Shown here in pieces: positions 41,386 through 49,845 of a DNA stretch of 64,000 bases; within the stretch, counting starts at the first letter, position 1, and each line of letters begins with the position of its first letter. This DNA is from Gammaproteobacteria bacterium. GTDB lineage: Bacteria > Pseudomonadota > Gammaproteobacteria > CAJXQU01. The notes beneath the pieces were generated by a model. It had not been told where the DNA came from and ran no database searches. It saw only the letters and a program-made list of their open reading frames with translations. Both the position numbers and the translations under genes were made by a program. The DNA lies in contig JBGCGE010000009.1 of assembly GCA_045110495.1 (NCBI GenBank), forward strand, positions 6,056-70,055. The letters run 5' to 3'.

Positions 41386-42783
41386 ATGAATGAACCATAT
41401 CCAATGGATATGGGATCTGGAGAGCCTACTCAAGCACTTAAGATCCCACCACACTCAATCGATGCCGAGCAATCATTGCTCGGCGGTTTGATGCTCGATG
41501 AAAATGTCTGGAGTGAAGTCTCAGACAAGGTTTTAGAAGCTGACTTTTACCGTTCTGAACATCGTTTAATCTTTCAAGCCGTGCAAGCCCTCGCAGCTAA
41601 AGATACACCCGCAGATGTTGTTACCGTTTCTGAGTGGCTAGATAACAGTAATAGTCTGGAAAAAGCAGGCGGTCTTGCCTACATTGCTTCTTTGGCCGAA
41701 AACACCCCAACTGCTGCGAATGCGATTGCTTATGCCGCTATTGTCCGGGAACGCTCGATTTTACGTCAGTTGATTCAGACAGGAACCTCAATTGCCGGAA
41801 GTGGTTTCAATACCGAAGGTCGTTCTACTAAAGAATTGCTTGATGATGCAGAAAAACAAGTTTATGCCATTGCTGAGCAACAAACGCGTGGTAAAGGTTT
41901 TCGACCAATTAATGAGTTACTAACCAGCGCGATTGAGCGCATAGAAACACTTTACGAATCTCAAGATCCAATTACAGGTGTATCAACTGGATTTAGTGGT
42001 TTTGATGAAATGACGTCAGGTTTACAAGAATCTGATCTTGTCATTGTTGCTGGTCGACCTTCGATGGGTAAAACCTCATTTGCAATGAATATTGCAGAAT
42101 CAGCTGCTATCAAAGATGGCGCGTCCGTTGCTGTCTTTAGTATGGAAATGCCGGGTGAGCAACTTGCTATGCGGCTTTTGTCTTCCCTCGGAAGAATCGA
42201 TGCACACCGAATGAGGACCGGAAAACTGACGGATGAAGATTGGCCGCGTCTGACTTCTGCTATTTCTATTATGCAAGATGCTAAATTCTACATTGATGAC
42301 ACTCCAGCGCTGTCACCGAACGAAATACGCGCACGATGTCGAAGAATTTCACGCCAGGAAGAAAAATTGGGTTTGATCGTGATCGATTATCTACAATTAA
42401 TGCAAGTGCCTGGTTCGAGTGAAAATCGAACTACAGAGATTTCAGAAATTTCCCGATCATTAAAAGCACTGGCCAAAGAATTAAGCGTGCCCGTAGTCGC
42501 GCTTTCTCAACTTAACCGTAGTCTGGAGCAGCGGCCCAACAAACGGCCAGTAATGTCAGATCTACGTGAATCAGGTGCTATTGAGCAAGACGCGGATGTG
42601 ATCGTCTTTATCTATCGCGACGAAGTTTATAATGAAGATAGCCCAGACAAAGGAACGGCTGAAATTATCATTAGTAAACAACGTAACGGCCCAATTGGAA
42701 CGACACGATTAAGCTTTCTTGGCGAATATACACGCTTTGAAAATTACATTTCGGATCCCTACGGCGGTGGAGATTTTGGATGA
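41386..42783 (+). CDS. dnaB: Replicative DNA helicase
   Basis: PPHSIDAEQ, GRPSMGKT, DYLQL, DLRESGAIEQDAD, KQRNGP; no intein. Confidence 0.98.
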   Translation: MNEPYPMDMGSGEPTQALKIPPHSIDAEQSLLGGLMLDENVWSEVSDKVLEADFYRSEHRLIFQAVQALAAKDTPADVVTVSEWLDNSNSLEKAGGLAYIASLAENTPTAANAIAYAAIVRERSILRQLIQTGTSIAGSGFNTEGRSTKELLDDAEKQVYAIAEQQTRGKGFRPINELLTSAIERIETLYESQDPITGVSTGFSGFDEMTSGLQESDLVIVAGRPSMGKTSFAMNIAESAAIKDGASVAVFSMEMPGEQLAMRLLSSLGRIDAHRMRTGKLTDEDWPRLTSAISIMQDAKFYIDDTPALSPNEIRARCRRISRQEEKLGLIVIDYLQLMQVPGSSENRTTEISEISRSLKALAKELSVPVVALSQLNRSLEQRPNKRPVMSDLRESGAIEQDADVIVFIYRDEVYNEDSPDKGTAEIIISKQRNGPIGTTRLSFLGEYTRFENYISDPYGGGDFG

Positions 42784-43850
42784 CGCGTCCCGCTCGTGTT
42801 GTTATTGATCTAAAAGCCCTTCGATCAAACCTGCAAATTGTCAGAAAGCACGCCCCAAATCAAAAAGTCATGGCGATTATTAAAGCCGACGCTTATGGTC
42901 ATGGTTTAGAACGCGTCGCGAATCAACTTGATGATGCAGATGCTTTCGGTGTTGCCTGCCTTGAAGAAGCTGTTCGATTACGTACTGCTGGATTCACAAA
43001 ACCGATCATCCTTTTGGAAGGTTTCTTCTCTGCTGACGAATTAGATCAATTTTCAGAACTTAATCTTCAAACTGTCATACATCAAAATAATCAGTTGGAA
43101 TTGATCGAACAACTTCCTGCTGATAAAGCAGTCAATGTCTGGCTAAAAATTGATACAGGAATGCATCGATTGGGATTTGATCTTGATCTTGTTTCAGCTG
43201 TGTATAACAGATTAAAAAAAGCCAAAGGTGTCGATCAAATAAAATTAGTGACGCACTTTGCTTCTAGCCAGGCTGACTCTATGGAATCTCAACTAACGAA
43301 CTTTTTTGAAGTTGTTTCTGATTTGGAAGGCGAGCATTGTCTGGCAAATTCTGGTGCGGTTATCGATTGGCCAGCCGCACATGGGGACTGGATCCGACCG
43401 GGCTTAATGCTTTATGGCGTTTCACCTTTTACGGATCAAACGGGTGCAGATCTTGGTTTGAAACCCGCTATGTCGCTACATTCAGAATTGATCTCAGTGA
43501 AGCTGGCGAAAAAAGGTGAAAAAGTTGGCTACGGTGGTACATGGGAATGCCCCGAAGATATGCCAATTGGCGTAATTGCGATGGGTTATGGTGATGGCTA
43601 TCCACGTCATGCCTGTTCTGGAACACCCATGCTGGTTAATAACCAGACTGCTAGTTTGATCGGGCGACCTTCAATGGACATGTTGACAGTCGATCTACGC
43701 CAATGCCCCGATGCTAAAATCGGCGATCCGGTGTTACTTTGGGGCGAAGACTTGCCAGTAGAGGAAATCGCCCGTTGTGCTGAAACAATTCCATACGAAC
43801 TACTTTGCGGCATGCGAATGCGCGCCCGATTTGTTGAGATAAATGGCTAA
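42780..43850 (+). CDS. alr: Alanine racemase
   Basis: IIKADAYGHG PLP-Lys, KIDTGMHRLG, GYGDGYPR. Confidence 0.97.
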   Translation: MTRPARVVIDLKALRSNLQIVRKHAPNQKVMAIIKADAYGHGLERVANQLDDADAFGVACLEEAVRLRTAGFTKPIILLEGFFSADELDQFSELNLQTVIHQNNQLELIEQLPADKAVNVWLKIDTGMHRLGFDLDLVSAVYNRLKKAKGVDQIKLVTHFASSQADSMESQLTNFFEVVSDLEGEHCLANSGAVIDWPAAHGDWIRPGLMLYGVSPFTDQTGADLGLKPAMSLHSELISVKLAKKGEKVGYGGTWECPEDMPIGVIAMGYGDGYPRHACSGTPMLVNNQTASLIGRPSMDMLTVDLRQCPDAKIGDPVLLWGEDLPVEEIARCAETIPYELLCGMRMRARFVEING

Positions 43851-45210
43851 ACAAAAAAAACAATATGAATGCCAATCGTGCGGTGCAGTCAGTCCAAAAT
43901 GGGCAGGGCAGTGCGGCGATTGTGGTGAATGGAATACACTGACTGAATCTATCATCGTTCAAGCGACCGCAACGAATGATCGGATAGGAAATTACAGTGG
44001 TAGTGCACCGGCGATATGCAATCTTGATGAGGCCGATTTAACCGAAGAAATTCGTTATACCACCCATATTGAAGAATTAGATCGTGCGATGGGCGGAGGT
44101 TTAGTCACCGGTTCCGTAGTTCTGATCGGCGGTGATCCGGGTATCGGAAAATCGACGTTGTTATTACAAGTACTCGCTGAAATCACTAAAGATCAGATGA
44201 AAACCCTTTATGTCAGCGGTGAAGAATCTGCTCGACAAGTTGCCATGCGTGGCAAACGGCTAGGGTTAGATCTGACTGATTTACGCCTTCTTACAGAAAC
44301 CAATGTCGAAAGAATCCTGACAACAGCGCAAAAAGAATCACCCAAGATCATGGTGATCGATTCGATCCAAACGGTACATACCGAACAACTCAATTCAGCG
44401 CCGGGCAATGTAGCTCAAGTCAGAGAAAGTGCCGCAAAGCTCGTCCGTTATGCAAAACAAACCGGAACCACTATTTTACTGGTTGGCCATGTCACAAAAG
44501 ACGGCGCACTTGCAGGGCCTCGCGTGTTGGAGCACATGGTTGATACTGTGCTCTATTTTGAAGGTGATAGCGGTAGTCGTTTCCGATTAATCCGAGCGAT
44601 CAAAAACCGTTTCGGCGCAGTCAATGAACTGGGCGTTTTTGCCATGACCGACACTGGTTTGAAAGGCGTAAACAATCCTTCAGCCATTTTTCTATCAAGA
44701 CGTGAAGATGAAGCGTCAGGCAGCGTAGTCATGGTGACGCGAGAAGGTACGCGTCCATTGATGGTCGAAGTGCAGGCATTAGTCGATGAATCAAAAGCAG
44801 GTAATCCAAGGCGCGTAGCGGTAGGAATGGATCAAAACCGACTTGGGATGTTACTGGCCGTGTTACATCGACATGCCGGGATAGCAACCTATGATCAAGA
44901 TGTGTTTATCAATATTGTAGGCGGCGTTCGGATCACAGAAACCGGCGCAGATCTGGCAGTGATACTGGCGATTTTATCAAGCTTAAGGAATCAACCTTTA
45001 CCGACCGATTTGATCGTTTTTGGAGAAGTCGGTTTAACCGGAGAACTGCGCCCAGTCCAAAATGGACAGGAAAGAATTAACGAGGCACAAAAGCACGGCT
45101 TCAAACAAGCGATTGTTCCAAAAGCCAATCTTCCAAAACAAAAAATCAAAGGGATCGAAATAAAAGGTGCTGCTACTTTAGATGCTGCGCTTAGTATTTT
45201 GAGAGATTAA
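43843..45210 (+). CDS. radA: DNA repair protein RadA/Sms
   Basis: CQSCG...GQCGDC, GDPGIGKST, KNRFG. Confidence 0.98.
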   Translation: MAKQKKQYECQSCGAVSPKWAGQCGDCGEWNTLTESIIVQATATNDRIGNYSGSAPAICNLDEADLTEEIRYTTHIEELDRAMGGGLVTGSVVLIGGDPGIGKSTLLLQVLAEITKDQMKTLYVSGEESARQVAMRGKRLGLDLTDLRLLTETNVERILTTAQKESPKIMVIDSIQTVHTEQLNSAPGNVAQVRESAAKLVRYAKQTGTTILLVGHVTKDGALAGPRVLEHMVDTVLYFEGDSGSRFRLIRAIKNRFGAVNELGVFAMTDTGLKGVNNPSAIFLSRREDEASGSVVMVTREGTRPLMVEVQALVDESKAGNPRRVAVGMDQNRLGMLLAVLHRHAGIATYDQDVFINIVGGVRITETGADLAVILAILSSLRNQPLPTDLIVFGEVGLTGELRPVQNGQERINEAQKHGFKQAIVPKANLPKQKIKGIEIKGAATLDAALSILRD

Positions 45211-45305
45211 AGATCGCACTAATCAACTGAGCGTTCCATATCACACAGTTGCATCCAATTAGGCGAAATATCACTAAACAGTCCTCGGCCAGAATCGATC
45301 ATCTT

Positions 45306-45336
45306 GACTGCACTAAAAGGGGTCGGTTTTGGTGCA
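45306..45336. repeat. 31-bp palindromic direct repeat, copy 1
   Basis: GACTGCACTAAAAGGGGTCGGTTTTGGTGCA; 29/31 identical to the copy at 46130. Confidence 0.85.
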
Positions 45337-45344
45337 TCTTTTAG

Positions 45345-45708
45345 GTTATGAGTTTTAATGTACAACATAGGCGCGTTCTAACATAAATCTACAAAACTGT
45401 TCTTTTGCATGTTTATAGTTTTTAGGTTCATACCTCCATTTATCAACTTCCGCACGTAAAAACGAACCCTCAATAATTATATTGCTTTGGTAAATGAACT
45501 CTTCAGCAATTCCAATCTTACCTTCAAAATAATCATTTAGACTTTTTAATTGTTTCACAGCAGCATCTTTACTAAATGATGCCTCTGGTAGTGGCCAATG
45601 CCCTTCTCCTTTACTCTTCACTGGAGGACATAGATTGTCGGCTAGAGAAGACTGCGAAGATAGTAAAATTAAAAATAACAAGTACCTCATATTCTTACTA
45701 CTCCTAAC
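45345..45708 (-). mobile_element. Integron-cassette-like unit (core site, ORF, inverse core site)
   Basis: Minus strand: GTTAGGAG (45708-45701), 10 nt, ATG...TAA, 2 nt, CTCATAAC (45352-45345). The two sites are complementary at 7/8 positions. Confidence 0.5.
45355..45690 (-). CDS. Hypothetical secreted protein, 111 aa
   Basis: Signal peptide MRYLLFLILLSSQSSLA; two Cys; AT-rich. Confidence 0.7.
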   Translation of the reverse strand: MRYLLFLILLSSQSSLADNLCPPVKSKGEGHWPLPEASFSKDAAVKQLKSLNDYFEGKIGIAEEFIYQSNIIIEGSFLRAEVDKWRYEPKNYKHAKEQFCRFMLERAYVVH

Positions 45709-45730
45709 GCCCAGCTATTTGGGGCTTTAT

Positions 45731-46009
45731 TTAGCGCTGCGTTGTTTTTTTGCGTTCATCGTGTTTCTTTACTAGCTTTTGAAGTTCGTATTGATTTTTG
45801 AATAAATAAACACTCAAAACTGTTGTGTATGAGAATGTACCTACTAAAATCAAAAATACGAATGAAAATAATAGTGGATTTGTATCAAATGAAACAAAAC
45901 TCCCTGTACTGCCCCTGCTTGGAACATGCATTGTCAAATCCATAGAATCGATGATCGTATGAATAACGATATATGCCGACAATATAAATAGAAAGATTGC
46001 TTTAATCAT
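45731..46009 (-). CDS. Hypothetical two-TM membrane protein, 92 aa
   Basis: Two hydrophobic segments and a basic tail; ATG lies 9 nt after a GTTATGC core-like site (46025-46019). Confidence 0.65.
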   Translation of the reverse strand: MIKAIFLFILSAYIVIHTIIDSMDLTMHVPSRGSTGSFVSFDTNPLLFSFVFLILVGTFSYTTVLSVYLFKNQYELQKLVKKHDERKKTTQR

Positions 46010-46129
46010 GTTTCATCTGCATAACAGCCATTATATGGAACCATTCCAAAACATATCACTATAAATAACAATAATTGTCACATCTATTAAGTAAGTGAAT
46101 AGCTACATTAACCTGATAGAAGCTATCAA

Positions 46130-46160
46130 GACTGCACCAAAAGGGTTCGGTTTTGGTGCA
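46130..46160. repeat. 31-bp palindromic direct repeat, copy 2
   Basis: GACTGCACCAAAAGGGTTCGGTTTTGGTGCA (perfect 10-bp stem TGCACCAAAA/TTTTGGTGCA). Confidence 0.85.
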
Positions 46161-46201
46161 CCCATCCACAATTCCCTAAGCCTTTGATTTTGCTATAACT
46201 G

Positions 46202-46218
46202 GACTGCACAAAAAGGGT
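46202..46218. repeat. Half copy of the same repeat
   Basis: GACTGCACAAAAAGGGT, 16/17 identical to the first half of copy 2. Confidence 0.7.
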
Positions 46219-46247
46219 GGTACAAACACTTGCATTTAGTTGCGTTG

Positions 46248-46991
46248 TTAATGTTGACTCAAAACTTCAATCAATAATTTTTTAACCTGCAACATTCCTT
46301 TTTCTAAATGTTGTTCAATTTGTTTCATAGAGATTTCTTTTTCACCATTGCGTCCAGCTGCCGGATTTACAATCACTGCGCAGGTTGCATAGGAAAGATC
46401 TAATTCTCTCGCTAGTGCCGCTTCTGGCATACCGGTCATTCCAACCATGTCGCAACCGTCTTTTTCCATCCGATCAATTTCTGCGGCGGTTTCGAGCCGA
46501 GGGCCTTGGGTTGCGCCGTAGGTTCCGCCGTTAGAGATATCGATATCGGCATTTACGGCAGCATCAATAATTTTGCTCCTCAGTTTATTATCGTAAGGAT
46601 GGGTGAAGTCAATATGCACAACGCCTCCTTTATCTCCATCATAAAAAGTACTTTGGCGTCCCTCGGTATAATCGATTATTTGATCTGGAATGGCCAGGCG
46701 GGAAGGGGTTAGTTCGGCGGCTATTCCACCGACAGCGGCAATGCTGATCACTTCGGAAATACCAACTTCTTTTAACGCCCAGATGTTTGCGCAATAATTG
46801 ATCATATGCGGTGGGATGGTATGGCCAGCACCGTGTCTCGGCAAAAAAACAACTTCTTTACCTTTGTGCTCGCAAAAGGTTAATGGGCCAGAGGGTTCTC
46901 CAAAAGGTGTGCGCATCACGCGTCTTTTTATAATGTTAATCCCTTCGAGTTTGTTTAATCCAGTTCCGCCTATAATTGCTAGTTCTGTCAT
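46248..46991 (-). CDS. mtnP: S-methyl-5'-thioinosine/thioadenosine phosphorylase
   Basis: IIGGTG, TPFGEPS, LPRHG.GH.IPPH, GPRLETAAE, VGMTGMPEA. Confidence 0.92.
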   Translation of the reverse strand: MTELAIIGGTGLNKLEGINIIKRRVMRTPFGEPSGPLTFCEHKGKEVVFLPRHGAGHTIPPHMINYCANIWALKEVGISEVISIAAVGGIAAELTPSRLAIPDQIIDYTEGRQSTFYDGDKGGVVHIDFTHPYDNKLRSKIIDAAVNADIDISNGGTYGATQGPRLETAAEIDRMEKDGCDMVGMTGMPEAALARELDLSYATCAVIVNPAAGRNGEKEISMKQIEQHLEKGMLQVKKLLIEVLSQH

Positions 46992-47188
46992 TTTATTAGT
47001 TCAGTTTTTGAGTTGAATCTAGTTTAACGTTTTCAACAGTGTTTTGTCGTTTATTGTTTCAGGTAATCAATGAGCTTGTTGTAATATTTTGATCAAATAC
47101 TAAATTTTTAAAATAGTACTTAGTTTTTTTTATTGTGGCCGATAGCTATTCTATGACTTTATGTTTTATAAGTTCAAAACGATCAAAA

Positions 47189-47206
47189 TAGTGCGCCTTT
47201 GCACTA
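47189..47206. promoter_or_regulatory. Inverted repeat, possible enhancer (UAS) for a sigma-54 activator
   Basis: TAGTGC-GCCTTT-GCACTA, about 70-90 nt upstream of a -24/-12 element. Confidence 0.4.
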
Positions 47207-47277
47207 GAGTTGATCTTGATACCGAATTTATAGAATCAATTTTATTTATAAACAGTTAGTTATAATCGATATTTGGT

Positions 47278-47293
47278 TGGCACGACATATGCT
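47278..47293 (+). promoter_or_regulatory. Sigma-54 (-24/-12) promoter
   Basis: TGGCACGACATATGCT vs TGGCACG-N4-TTGCW: invariant GG and GC correctly spaced, one mismatch. Confidence 0.65.
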
Positions 47294-47420
47294 AAATGTC
47301 TATTAAGATGAGAAATAAGCGAAATATATGAAATACATGCAATTACTACTTTGATAATGAGTTGAAAAAACTTGTTGTCTCGATCTATAAGGAATTTATA
47401 GATTAGAAAGGAGGCAAACA

Positions 47421-48557
47421 ATGGACTACAGAACGTCAGTCACACCTGCTAAGACATCATTAAGATGGATGTCTTTTCTTTCTCTCGGCTTATTGCTTTT
47501 TCTACAAGCCATTCCATCCCACGCTGAAAACATATTTGATCCACCCGGTAAAATGGTCGATGTCGGTGGTTACTCTTTACATCTAAATTGTGTCGGTCGC
47601 GGCTCGCCGACGATCATTCTTGAAACAGGGTTAGGCGGAATGTCGGTAGAATGGCATTCGATTCAACACCAACTTAAGCAGTACACAAAAACATGTGCTT
47701 ATGATCGAGCTGGTTATGGCTGGAGCGAGACAAGCAGCAAACCCAGAACGACTAAAAATATAGTCACCGAATTGCATACGCTTTTGCATGCTGAAAATAT
47801 TCCGGGACCTTATATTTTAGTTGGACATTCTTTCGGCGGTTATACCGTTCAACACTTTGCCAGCGTTTATCCGCAAGAAACTGCAGGCATTGTTTTGATT
47901 GATGCATCGCACTCGGAGCAAGTTGATCGTTTTAAAAACATTGGATTGATTGTTGCGCCGACGAAAAAGGTGACGCATGTGAAATTTAATAAAGCACGCA
48001 TTCCGGCACATTATCCGATAGACATGCAATATATTGCGCTAGAACAAATGCAAGACAGTAAAACGATGGATGCAATTGCTGAAGAATATATCAATTTCAA
48101 ACAAAGTGCGGATCAAGTTGCAAAGTCCATCTCATTAAAAACTACGCCGATGATTGTTATGACAAGAGGCATTCCTGGCTGGAAAAATATTCGTCGCGGA
48201 CGCAAATTTGAACAACTCTGGCAAAAACTACAGACTGAGTTAAGCAGGCTAAGCTTTAAATCTTCGCACCTTGTGGCAAAGAAAAGCGGTCACCATATTC
48301 ATTTAGATCAACCGAATTTAACGATTGCCACAATAAGCCGATTAGTTGAATCAGCTCGCAATAAACAACGCAGTAAATGGGTGGAAATAAACCGCAGTAG
48401 TCATCGAGCTATACGCTGGATGGCGATGACAGATGTTACCTGGCAACGTGACAGACTAAGAACGCGTCTTCACCAGTGGCCTGTTTTTGATCCGATATCT
48501 CGTCAAAACAGCTTATCAAGCAGCGAATTGATGGTGAGTAATTATAATAAGTTTTGA
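47421..48557 (+). CDS. Exported alpha/beta hydrolase
   Basis: Signal/TM, GKMVDVGGYSLHL.C.G.GSP, YDRAGYGWS, nucleophile GHSFG, SGHHIH. Confidence 0.9.
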   Translation: MDYRTSVTPAKTSLRWMSFLSLGLLLFLQAIPSHAENIFDPPGKMVDVGGYSLHLNCVGRGSPTIILETGLGGMSVEWHSIQHQLKQYTKTCAYDRAGYGWSETSSKPRTTKNIVTELHTLLHAENIPGPYILVGHSFGGYTVQHFASVYPQETAGIVLIDASHSEQVDRFKNIGLIVAPTKKVTHVKFNKARIPAHYPIDMQYIALEQMQDSKTMDAIAEEYINFKQSADQVAKSISLKTTPMIVMTRGIPGWKNIRRGRKFEQLWQKLQTELSRLSFKSSHLVAKKSGHHIHLDQPNLTIATISRLVESARNKQRSKWVEINRSSHRAIRWMAMTDVTWQRDRLRTRLHQWPVFDPISRQNSLSSSELMVSNYNKF

Positions 48558-48679
48558 TCGGTAAAGATTAAGTTTGGTGTAAGTGCTTCTCGATAAAAAT
48601 ACAGCTAATTGGAATAAAGAATAGATACGCATTACTATTACTGGCTCAGTACACATTAAAATAATAAAGAGGAAGTCAG

Positions 48680-49135
48680 ATGAAGTTATTAAAAACAATG
48701 ACAGTGGTAGGTCTTGCATTTGTTTTATCCGCATGTAGCGGTGAAAGTTCGGATGCTAAGAATAAAATTGAAGAAGCTGCAACGAAAGCTAAAGAAGCAG
48801 TTGCTGAGAAAGCGGGTGAAGCTATGACGAAAGCTAAAGATGTCGTAAGTGAAAAAGCCGGGGAGGCCATGTCTAAAGCCAAAGATGTTGCAACGGATGC
48901 TAAAGATTCCGTTTCTAACAAAACAGAAGAAATGGTTGGAAAAGTCAAAGAGGCGGCCTCAATGGCAAGCGACACAACTATTGAATCACCTTCATGGTCT
49001 GGTCTTGATAATATGGTGGTTACGATGCCTGAAAGTTCTAGTACCGTAAGCTCATCTATATCAGCAGCACCAATGGTAGAAAATGCTACAGGTGAGGGCT
49101 GGAGAGGACTTGAAAACCAAGTTACAACTTTTTAA
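48680..49135 (+). CDS. Lipoprotein with 15-aa LEA-like repeats
   Basis: Lipobox LSAC; KAKEAVAEKAGEAMT / KAKDVVSEKAGEAMS / KAKDVATDAKDSVSN. Confidence 0.8.
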   Translation: MKLLKTMTVVGLAFVLSACSGESSDAKNKIEEAATKAKEAVAEKAGEAMTKAKDVVSEKAGEAMSKAKDVATDAKDSVSNKTEEMVGKVKEAASMASDTTIESPSWSGLDNMVVTMPESSSTVSSSISAAPMVENATGEGWRGLENQVTTF

Positions 49136-49147
49136 TTTAGTTTTTCT

Positions 49148-49190
49148 AAAAAACCTGATCAGCTCTATAGTGATCTGATCAGGTTTTTTT
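49148..49190. terminator. Bidirectional intrinsic terminator
   Basis: AAAAAACCTGATCAG-N12-CTGATCAGGTTTTTT between convergent genes. Confidence 0.85.
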
Positions 49191-49734
49191 AGTCGGGATA
49201 AATCGCCGAGATGCTGTCGAGATTTCTTAAATAGCCTTTATAGTCCATTCCATATCCCACAAGAAATTCATTCGCTGCGACAAGCCCAGTAAAATCAGCT
49301 TTTTTTAGACCGCCACGTTCAGGCAAGTCTTTCGCGACTAACACGGCAGTTAAGATCTGAGCCGCACCTTCAGCACGACAAAAATCGATAATCGCTTCTA
49401 GCGTATGACCTTGATCGAGAATATCGTCAACAACTAAAACAGTACGGTTTTTCAGATCAATTTCGGGTTGTTTTAACCAATGGAGATGACCACCTTTAGT
49501 CTCGCCTTTATAGCGGCTCGCATGAATGTAATCCAGCTCAAGTGGAAAGTTTAGCTTCGGCAATAATAAGCCTGTTAGAACAATACCACCAATGACCGTA
49601 CAAAGGAGGATCGGGTTACTTTCTGAGAGTTGATCGTTAATTTTATTAGCCATTTTATCAATGGCATTTTTTACTTCTTCACTCGAAAAAAGTTCTTTTG
49701 AATTTTTTTCAATTTCCCGAATTTCATTGATCAT
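49189..49734 (-). CDS. hpt: Hypoxanthine-guanine phosphoribosyltransferase
   Basis: PRPP loop VLVVDDILDQGHTL, HASRY.G, FLVGYGMDYKG. Confidence 0.93.
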   Translation of the reverse strand: MINEIREIEKNSKELFSSEEVKNAIDKMANKINDQLSESNPILLCTVIGGIVLTGLLLPKLNFPLELDYIHASRYKGETKGGHLHWLKQPEIDLKNRTVLVVDDILDQGHTLEAIIDFCRAEGAAQILTAVLVAKDLPERGGLKKADFTGLVAANEFLVGYGMDYKGYLRNLDSISAIYPD

Positions 49735-49845
49735 TTTTCTAAATTATCCTGGGATAGCAAATCTAAATAAATTTTCAGTCGATTATTCTTTCGACAAAAA
49801 ATATTATGCTCAACTCAGTTTGTTTTCTTTGTAATACTAATAATC

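Noticed and set aside
45218-45301. 27-aa minus-strand ORF (MIDSGRGLFSDISPNWMQLCDMERSVD) after the repeat
   Set aside because: Too short and no SD or family motif; cannot be distinguished from chance
45306-46218. CRISPR array or NtrC sites suggested by the palindromic 31-mers
   Set aside because: Spacing of 824 and 72 nt is irregular, there are no cas genes, and the half-site spacing is far longer than the 17-bp NtrC site
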